64,000 bases of DNA from Torpedo marmorata. Lineage: Eukaryota. Below are positions 52,945 to 62,022 of the stretch, piece after piece (position 1 is the stretch's first letter; the number at the start of each line of letters is the position of its first letter). The translations under genes and the position numbers were made by a program. Under the pieces are notes generated by a model. It made no database searches and was not told the origin of the DNA. It saw nothing but the letters and a program-made list of their open reading frames with translations. Location: the NCBI GenBank assembly GCA_977017645.1, contig OZ360238.1:26784001-26848000 (forward strand). The letters run 5' to 3'.

Positions 52945-53900
52945 CAGAATCAGAATCAGAATTTATTGTCATGAACAAGTCACGAAATTCGGTGTTTTGC
53001 AGCAGCATCAAAGTGCAAACATTTATATTATGAACCATCTTACAACAATAATATAAAAAATAAAAATAAAAATAGTAGTGCACGAAAAGTAAGGCAGTGT
53101 CTTTTGTTCATTGATTATTCAGGAATCTGATGGCAGCAGGGAAGAAGCTGTCCTTGTATCGTTGAGTGCTCATCTTTAGGCTCCTGTACCTTTTTCCCGA
53201 TCGTAGCAGAGTGAAGAGGGCATGGCCTGGGTGGTGGGGGACTTTGAGGATAGAGTCTGCTTTTTTAACACACTGCCTCATGTGGATGTCCTCGATGGAG
53301 TGAAGTCTGGTGCCTGTGATGTCGCAGGCCGAGTTAACAACCGTCTGGAGTTTTTCCTTGTCCTGATATTTGGCGCCTCCGTACCAGACAGTGATGCAAC
53401 CACGGTACACCTGCAGAAGTTTTCGAGAGTCTTCGGTGACATACCGAATCTCCTCAAGCACCTCACAAAGTATAGCCACTGGCGGGCCTTCTTCATGATT
53501 GCATCAACATGGAGGCTCCAGGACAGCTCCTCGGAGATGATGACACCCAGGAATTTGAAGTTCTTGACCCTCTCCACTACTGAGCCCTCGATGAGGACTG
53601 GGTCATGTTCCCCTGACTTCCTCCTGAAGTCCACCATCATTTCCTTGGTTATGCTGACATTGAGCGCAAGGTTGTTGTCGTTATGCCATTCAATGAGCTG
53701 ATCTATCTCCCTCCTGTACGCTTCCTCATTGCCATTTGCGATTCTGCCGACAACTGTGGTGTCATTGGCAAACTTGTAGATGGCATTGGAATTGTGCCTG
53801 GCCACACAGTCATGGGTGTATAACGAGTAGAGCAGTGGGCTAAGCACATATCTTTGGGGTGCGCCTGTGTTGATAATCAGAGGAGGAGATGTACAAGCCA
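52945..53900 (-). mobile_element. Rex1/Babar LINE 3' fragment
   Basis: NTGAPQRYVLSPLLYSLYTHDC, YKFANDTTVVG, HPGHALFTLLRSGKRYRS; (ttctga)n tail. Confidence 0.93.
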
Positions 53901-55901
53901 TGTTGCAACAGAATATTAATGATTCAAAGACGTGGATCCATTTTTAACCTGGGAGGCTATTACCAATGAACTGTTATAGCAATGCTAGGGGACAATGGAT
54001 GGGAAGTGTGACTAACTGGAATGATGGCTAAACGCAAGTCAGGTTAGGCATGTGGAGAAGATCTGGGGTTTCCCCCAATGTGCCACATATTGTTTGAAGA
54101 AATTTGGCAGAAATTGCCAGTTTTCCCCTGGCATTTCCATGTTTCATGGGAGATCAGGTTTGTCCCCAAATTGTGCTTTTTGAATAATATCTTATTAAGG
54201 AACTAAGTTACATATTTTCCTAAAAGTTCATTAAACATCAGTTTGAATAGTTATTAATATCCCTTAACATAGTTAAAATGGGCCTTGTCTTCATTAATAT
54301 GCATTTTTTACTTGAACAACACAACAATTTTGCATCAAACTGCATTGCCTTGTCACTTGATGACGCTTAGATGCCATTGCCCTAAAAATGCAAACAGCAT
54401 TTCCACCAGCCAACACAAAACACTTTTTCCAGATGTTGTTACCTATTTAAAGTGTGATTAAAATTTTACATGCCACAAATAAATAGATGTGCTATTAATA
54501 AACCCATCACTTGATATTAAGCTAATGTGATGCAGGCACTGCTTTTTATGTCCATCTCCTATGTGATTGGTTAAAACCAATAATTTAATCATTATTAAAT
54601 TACATGTCCTACAATAATAAAACACTAGCAGGTAAGCCCATTAAACAATAAATTTTAATGGAGAATAGATCCAGTAATTTTATATATATTGGCTTCACTA
54701 AATAAATCTAACAGCAGGTGCACTTTCACATTCAAAACTAAAACTTCAAACCTGGGTATTTTTTTAGTACTGAACAACAATGAAAACAGTAAACGTTAGC
54801 CTTTCCAAAAAGACATTAAGGGTCCAGTTTCTAGGCATTCTTAGTTGCTTCGAGACAGTGGTGTTCATTTTCCCACAAGAAAGCAGCTGCTGTTGACTGT
54901 ATGAAGAGTCTGAACTAGAAAGGGTCTATTAATATAGTGGTATGCAGTCCTATGTGCTAACAATCGGATCTGCACATCAAGATGAAAAACAATTTCAGTG
55001 ATAGTACATTTGTTTACTGTTTTTTAAATTGTTTTTTTCACATTGATACAGAAATAAGAATTTTAGCATACAAAACCATAGGCCATAATAGTATTAGAAG
55101 CTTTTCACTCAAGGATACAGCATCCTCAGAAGCTGCAAGCTGGTTTTCAATTTTGTTGTTATGGTTAAACGAAGGAATAAAACCCTTTAGGTAGACTGAT
55201 GTCAGTTACAGACCACCCAATGTTATGATTCCCAGAGATTCCTTTTTTAGGTGTAGCCATCAGAGATGCCCTCCCACTGAATCAGTCTCTGGAAATAGTC
55301 AGCAAGAATCCGTCCGGAATAGCTGGCAGGGATTCAGTAATGATTACTGAATGTTTGTTTAAATCCTTCTGTTTTCTTCGTTCTGAATAACGTTTGAGGT
55401 TGCAGTCTGTACTCTGGAACACACGACAGAGGCTAGGTTGCCAGTTTTCCAGAGCCTTATTAGGAATACAAATTAGGTCATTTTCCAATCGAGTGCAGTA
55501 CTTAAGTAGGATCACAGTTCAGGATATCTTTCATGGATTCCCAGGCTTGCTAAGGCTACGTAACATCAAATAATAATAGCACCTAACAATCAAAGTGTAT
55601 TTAGTATATAGCTTACATCATAAGAAAGATTGAAAATAAAATTTAAATGCTTCCAATAATATGGGGGCATTTTCATCCTCTCTATGTTAAGAAACAGTCC
55701 ACTCAATCCCATTTGTTTTCAGTATGTGAAACACCAGCGCCGGCCCATTTTTATACTGTTATGCTATATATTTTTTCCTTTTTAAATCATAATCAAATCA
55801 TAAATGCTTGGATCACCACTGCAAACATCATCACTTTTGCTTCAGTTGCTGAAAGGCACCATAATTGTATGAAAATACATATATAATTTTGCTGGTGAGG
55901 C

Positions 55902-57372
55902 CAGTGGCAGATTAACTACCACCCGGACCCCCAAGGCTGAGCTTTGGTAAGGCCCCCGAGGGTCGGCGTCATGGGGGGGCATTCGCGGGCCATGCCCGCC
56001 CACCCACCCAGTGGCGTATCTACGGAAAATAGCACCTATGGCAAGCACTGAAATTGCGCTTCTGTCCAAACATCTGACACCCATCTTTTAGATAACTCTA
56101 CCAACTCAAAAATACAAGCCAAGCTCTCAATGCTGCAGGGACCTCCCGATGCACCAATTCCCTCTCCACCCCAGCCCAGCAACCGACCCCCTCTCCCCCC
56201 ACCCATCCCCACCTTGTCCCTGCCGACCCCCTTCCACAGGCTGTAACTGCAGATGTCTCTCTAGCGCCACTGCTTCCAGACCAATCAATGCTGAATGGTG
56301 CAACTCAGCAGCCACCACGGCTCCATCGCCTCGAGGGCCTGGCAGCGCCCCTGACCCCACGGCCCTCCCGCATCTTCGCTGCTTCCGATCCGCGCCCGGC
56401 TCCTTCGCTCCCTCCCTCCTCGGCGGCGCAAACACACTTTAAGGCCGGGCTACCATTTTGTGGGGCCGAACGGCAGCCCCACTCCAAGCCGTGACGGTAC
56501 CGGAGGCGTCGCGATGGCGCACGCTGCTGCTTCTCCCTCCCTCCTGCCCGCCCGCTGCTCTGCCCAGGCTGCATGTGGCGTAGCCTGACAGCAGATGCGT
56601 GTCACCGGCCGCCTGACGATCGACCGGGCAGCGACCCAATGGAAAGCGAGCTCGGCGCCAGCCCGGCCAATGGGAAGCACGGAGGGGAGGGGCCGCGGTC
56701 ATTCAGAGGGCCCCTGCAGACTGAGCAAGTCCAAGTTAATCCTTGGCCCATGTATTGAGAGTGGATTTTATCTTATATTTATTTCAAAGAAGCACAATAC
56801 ATGAAGGCCAAATCAAATCAAACAATTTTATTAACATTAGTTTTCCAGTACTCCCACGTCCCACCCCCGTGCAACTGTATTTGAATAGAAAATAACATTT
56901 CCTGAAGTGTATGGGTTATTTATACTTACCTGCATTATGATTACAATTGTTGGAATTAATGCTATAACAACAATTGGGTACATAGTTACGGATAGAAAGC
57001 AGGCGACGACAGGCATGCACGTTTCCCTGGCGCTGGTACAGGCAGAGCGGTTCCAGCTGCGTGGGGGATTATGGGTAACGAAGACGGACATTGATCCCGC
57101 ATTGAGCCGCCGCCATCGCCGCCGCCGCCCTGAGCGGGTCCGTTGTTTTTTGATTTCAGTGAATAGGTGAAAGCCAATCGACAGGAGCGTTGAAAGCTAC
57201 AAGTTGTTGCAATTTTAAAATACTTTTAGTATTGTGACTTAGTTCCCTTTGGCATCGTTAAAGTAACATTTCTATTGTTGTATCCCTCATTTCTATTGTT
57301 GTTTGACGGGCCCCCTTACCTTCCGGGCCCCTTGGCTTCAGCCTACTCAGCCTAATGGTTAATCCACCACTG
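55902..57372. mobile_element. 1471-bp non-autonomous hAT element
   Basis: TIR cagtggcagattaac / gttaatccaccactg; perfect 8-bp TSD ggtgaggc at 55894-55901 and 57373-57380. Confidence 0.92.
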
Positions 57373-57677
57373 GGTGAGGCAACTTACTTCGGCTCACTGT
57401 TGCATCTTGTTCCTGCAACCTAGGTAGAGGGGTAAACCCCAGAATATCCTAAGGTACTCCAATCAAGGTGGGTTTCACATTCCATTGCACAGTGTCAACA
57501 TTGAACCCCAAGACGTAAACAACAGCAGCAATATCTTGCATCTATGTTACATTTTTAAGAACATTGGAAGGTACAGAAAAAAACAGAGGCAGGCATTTAG
57601 CCACTCAAACCTACTTCATTTTTCAGATAGATCTTGGTTGATCGTTTACATCAGCATTACTTTGCTAAACTAACCCT

Positions 57678-58375
57678 AGATCATAGACCTTTGAACATTA
57701 CAGCACAACAGGCCCTTCAGCCTTTCTAGTCTGTGTCAAATTATTATTCTCTCTAGTCCCACAGACCTGCACCCATTCCATATTCCTCCATACCCCTCCC
57801 ATCCATGTACCTGTACAAATTTTTCTTAACTGTTATACCTGAGCCTGCATTCACCACTTCAGTTGGCAGCTCGTTCTACACTCGCACTACTCTCTGTTGG
57901 AAGAAGTTCCCCCTAATGTTCCCCCTAGACGTTTCCCCTTTCACCCTTAACCCATGTCCTCTGGTTGGTATCTCACCCAACCTCAGTGGAAAAAGCCTAC
58001 TTGCATTTACTCTATCTATACCCATCATAATTTTGTATACCTCTATCAAATCTTCCCTCATTCTTCTACGCTCCTGGGAATAAAGTCCTAACCTGTTTAA
58101 CCTTTCCCTGTAACTCAGTTCCTCAAGACCTGGCAATCCCTGACTTCCCTATCATTTAAAAAAAATCTATCAATCTCTGCCACAAATATATTCAATGATG
58201 GAGGCTCTTAGGTCTTAGGTAGACAATTCCAAAGATTCACAGCCCTCTAGCTGAAGACATTCTTCTCATCTCAGGGAAGACCACTTGTTCTCTGCTACTA
58301 GTCACCCTTTCCAGGGGCAATATCATCTGTACATCTACCCTGTCAAGCCTCATGAGAATTTTGTACGTTTCATTC
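57678..58375 (-). mobile_element. CR1 3' fragment (57678-58138) nested in an older CR1 remnant
   Basis: PGLEELSYRERLNRLGLYS..RGNFFQQRVV; older CR1-like sequence on both sides. Confidence 0.85.
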
Positions 58376-58689
58376 CAGCATGCCCCAAGCCGTATAACAT
58401 TGCAGAGACAAATCAGAAGATTATATCCAAACTACACCTCATTGAGCTGTCAGTGATCATGTGATTAATACAGAGAAGATTTATGGACAATATATTATAT
58501 GACGATGCAGGTTTTAAGGTTTCTCCATTTCCCTATACATTTGACAATATTTTCATGCTTCTTATTTTTCAACTCTACTGTTTCTTTTTGCACACATTTT
58601 ATTATTTTAATTCCCTCTGGATTCATCTCACTCTATAGACCCAAGCATACAAGCTAATTTTAAAATTCATTGCAGGAGTGACGGAATGT

Positions 58690-58975
58690 TGTAAAGTTGG
58701 AGGTGCTGTCGTTCAGATAGGCTGCTCAGTGATGATACCATCAGTCTTTTCAGATGGATGTGAAAGATCCCAGGGCAAAGTCAAAATATATCTTTCAATT
58801 ACTCATGCCACCAAAAAGACATTATCTGGCTATTTATTACTTTGATAATTTTATTCCCTGTTAATTAACTGGACCATTTAGTATGACAACTACAACTCAA
58901 AAACATTTAACTTATTGAGAAGTGCTTTGAGATACGCAGTGAGTGTTGAAATACAAATGATTGTATTTCATTTCA
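58690..58975 (+). mobile_element. Degenerate DeuSINE (SacSINE1/AmnSINE1-like)
   Basis: ggaggtgctgtcgttcagat..cagatggatgtgaaagatcccagggca..attatctgg..gtgctttgaga resembles the recalled Deu-domain consensus. Confidence 0.6.
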
Positions 58976-59405
58976 CTCTCAGGTTTAATGAAGGGAGTAT
59001 GAGCAAGTTAATACAACGTTGTTTCTAGAATTGTGAAAGAAATTTGTGCAATGGATATGGGCCGAACCAGGAGATAATTGCATGGCTGTGTAATTGTATG
59101 GACAATTGCCAGCTACTGTCAGGTGGTTATATGGAAATGAATCTGAACCTAACCAAAATTTAATTTAAAATATTACTTGGGAAGAAAGTTTGGAGAAGAT
59201 AGTAGAGTCTGGAATGGAAAGGCTTACACCTTTTAAGGAAAGAAAAAAATTAAAGACAGAGATAGAGGAAGTTTACAGAGAGTGAGACGGGGATTAATTC
59301 TGGATTACTTGAACAAAGAGTATGGAAAGATTGGTTCAGTAGTCTAAATAACTAGACACCAACTTCGTTTATGGAGTGGACTACCACCAAACTCAGTGGA
59401 TTAAT

Positions 59406-60242
59406 TTAAGATTCAAGATTCAATTTATTGTCATAGTAATAAAACAGTGTCATATTCCATGAAATTTCTTTTTGCCTGCTGCAAGGCAGACAGATTCGCC
59501 ACCGGCAGAAATTGCCAAAGCGCCTCTTACATTCCTTACAGTCAGAGAAAGAGAAGCAAATGAGAGTCCCCCCAGAGTCACCGAGTGTCCATAGATTCGC
59601 CTCCAGCGCTTCCTCAGCCTCCGCAGCCACACAGAGTCCAGTCCAAACCCAAGCTCCAGATCCGAACCTCCAACACGGTCAGGGCGCCCTCGGCACTCCC
59701 TCGCATCCCGGTTCCGATACCTGGTACTCCTCCAGCCAGTTCGAGCCAGCCTCCAGCAGTCCGCAGCCCGGCGTGAGTCCCCCGACAGCAGACTCCAGCA
59801 GCCCACAGCCTCCGCGGGTTCCTCGCCTCGAGTCGCCAGAAGCCCGCCGCATGCACTGGTCCTTCAGCCTCAGAGCCCTTCACTGGTCCGCCGCCGTGGT
59901 CACCGTCCCGTGGGTCATCTCCTCCGCTTCTCCTTCTCAGACAGGGGGTGATCTTCCCGCCCTCTGGTGCCCTGCTCCAGTCCTCCGCTTCCCCGGAGTC
60001 TGCAGCCCCTCATGGCTGCTGCCGGTTAAAAGGCACTGCCATCTTGGGCGCAGACCCCGTGGTCGCGGGATCTTAAATAAAACCACCGTCGGCTCCCTCA
60101 ACGGGCTGTTTAAAGCCCATGTGGAACCGACGGCAGTCGACTGGGTGGCTGGACCCCGCGGGAGCGCTGTATCTCCGCTTCCCGCGGGTCCGCACCAGCG
60201 GCAGCACTGCCGCTACAGTGGCTCCGGCAGCGCCGCCATTAG
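59406..60242 (-). mobile_element. ~840-bp GC-rich non-autonomous retroelement with Rex1-type tail
   Basis: Minus strand begins taatggcggcg and ends tgacaataaattgaatcttgaatc; subterminal stem-loop gtctgccttgcagcaggc; no recognisable protein. Confidence 0.7.
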
Positions 60243-60424
60243 TTGTCAAGTACTCAAGAAACAAATTCCACTTTTATTTGAAAGTCATTTTCTTCTTTGT
60301 CCTGTTCTATGATTTGATTAATAAGAAAGTGGGCAAGTGTGCAACTCCATTCTTAGACCTGTAACATTAACTATAATCCAAGTCATGGGAATAGCAGACT
60401 TCCAGAATAATCTATCCTTTAACT

Positions 60425-60600
60425 CAACCATTCTCAACCCTTTTTTTGACTATGGTCTCCCTCGGACTCTGCTCAAAGTTTGTGGGCCCCCTTCCCTGTG
60501 AAGCAGTCAAGTTTTGGTTTCTTCCGTACTTCTCTCCTACTGACTACAAAAAAAACCATAAAAATATTGATGTTATGTGAGGTGAAAAGAAAACAAGGCT
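60425..60600. mobile_element. hAT MITE left part (family of 9019-9242)
   Basis: ctgctcaaagtttgtgggcccccttccctgtgaagc..ttggtttcttccgtacttctctccta shared with 9063-9135. Confidence 0.8.
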
Positions 60601-60859
60601 TTGGACACATTCCAGGATATCATAGGCAAAATCCTCCCCACTATCGAGAACATCTACGGGGAACGCTGCCGTTGGAGAGCAGCAGCAATCATCAAGGATC
60701 CACACCACCCAGCACACGCTCTGTTCTCGCTGCTACCATCAGGAAAGAGGTATAGGTGCCAGAGGTGTAGACTCACACCTCCAGGTTCAGGAACAACTGC
60801 TACCCCTCCACCATCAGAATCCTCAACAACAAACTCAATCACGGACTCATTTAAGGACT

Positions 60860-61324
60860 AAATCACGAATATCTGTAGACACCGTGGTTGAAGTAAAAAA
60901 CACAAAATGCTGGAGAAGCTCAGCAGGTCAAACAATGTCCTTTATGTAGCAAAGGTAGAAATACATAACCAACGTTTCGGGCCTGAGCCCTTCATCAAGG
61001 TATGAGAGAATGCCGGCAGGTATCCGAACAAAAGAGTAGGGGGGGAGGGGGGGGTGTGGCAAAGGCAGGAGATGATTCTGGGTAAGTACATGGTCATAGA
61101 GCTTGAGAGCAGCAGGGGTTGCAGATGGGCTTTCCCTTCCTGAAGTCAACATCTCATGCCTTTGCCACCCCCCTCCCCCCTACTCTTTTGTTCGGATACC
61201 TGCCGGCATTCTCTCATACCTTAATGAAGGGCTCAGGCCCGAATTGTTGCTTATGCATTTCTACCTTTGCTACATAAAGGACACAGTTTGACCTGCTGAG
61301 CTTCTCCAGCATTTTGTGTTTTTT
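60860..61324. mobile_element. Fold-back Penelope derivative (two inverted termini) with 15-bp TSD
   Basis: Arms ~60892-61074 and ~61150-61327 are inverted copies; TSD actcatttaaggact at 60845-60859 and 61325-61339. Confidence 0.9.
60964..61004 (-). ncRNA. Minimal type I hammerhead ribozyme motif (Penelope-associated, U3 variant)
   Basis: CAUACC UUGAUGA A GGGC UCAG GCCC GAAAC GUU GGUUAUG: stem I, core, stem II and a palindromic ACGU helix III. Confidence 0.7.
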
Positions 61325-61649
61325 ACTCATTTAAGGACTCTTACTTTATTGTTTGTTTTTTTTCCCTCTCTGTATTGCACATCAGTTGTTTACATTTCTT
61401 TATTTTTTTTACATGTGTACATTGAGTACAGTTTTTTTTTGCACTACCAATAAGTGGTAATTCTGCCTTGCCCGCAGGAAAACAAATCTCAGGGTTGTAT
61501 GTGATGTCATGTATGTACTCTGACAATAAATCTGAAATCTGAAATCTGAATCTAAAGAGACTGTGGGCTTTTTCATCAAATATTGCAGACAAATGCTTCT
61601 GAAATGCTTGTGATTCCCATTCCATTCACCCAGTCATGACTGTCCACAA

Positions 61650-61744
61650 TCTGGTCACCCAGCCTCACGAGAGATGTCATTAAGATGGAAAGGGTGCAGA
61701 ATAGATATACAAGAATGTTCTCGGGACTGATGGGCTTTACCTAA
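61650..61744 (+). mobile_element. CR1 remnant, target of the Gypsy insertion
   Basis: gatgtcattaagatggaaagggtgcagaatagatatacaagaatgtt (ERVQNRYTRM). Confidence 0.7.
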
Positions 61745-61998
61745 TGTGGTAAACCACTGTGCTTGTATTGGTGGTACGTATAGGTACTGCGGGCCGGACT
61801 GATGGCTACTCCCTCCCCTCCCTTGGGTGTCCAGGTAATCCCTCCCCTTTCCTCACCTGAATAAAGGCCACTGTATCTCGGCCACCCCCCTTCAGTCCGG
61901 ACCTGATCGAGGAGGAAGCTCAGCTCCATTCTTAGCCAATAAAAGCCTATGATTCACTCGCTCTCACAGTCTTTGAGTTGTTATTGATAGGCCTATCA
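61745..61998 (+). repeat. 5' LTR of Gypsy element (254 bp)
   Basis: TG..CA termini inferred from the break with the CR1 flank and from the gag start; AATAAA at 61860 and 61938; Inr-like TCAGT at ~61892; 3' LTR is outside the window. Confidence 0.75.
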
Positions 61999-62022
61999 AT
62001 TTTATTGGCTAAAGAACTTCTG

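Larger units (their letters stand above)
60610..61552 (+). mobile_element. Rex1/Babar LINE 3' fragment interrupted by a Penelope hairpin
   Basis: LPTIENIYGERC..IIKDPHHPAHALFSLLPSGKRYR; tail tgacaataaa(tctgaaa)n. Confidence 0.9.

Noticed and set aside
56127-56804. Cluster of overlapping ORFs in the hAT interior
   Set aside because: Expected from high GC; no transposase motifs
59512-60312. 266-aa plus-strand ORF
   Set aside because: Ser/Pro-rich antisense reading of a GC-rich repeat; no recognisable domain
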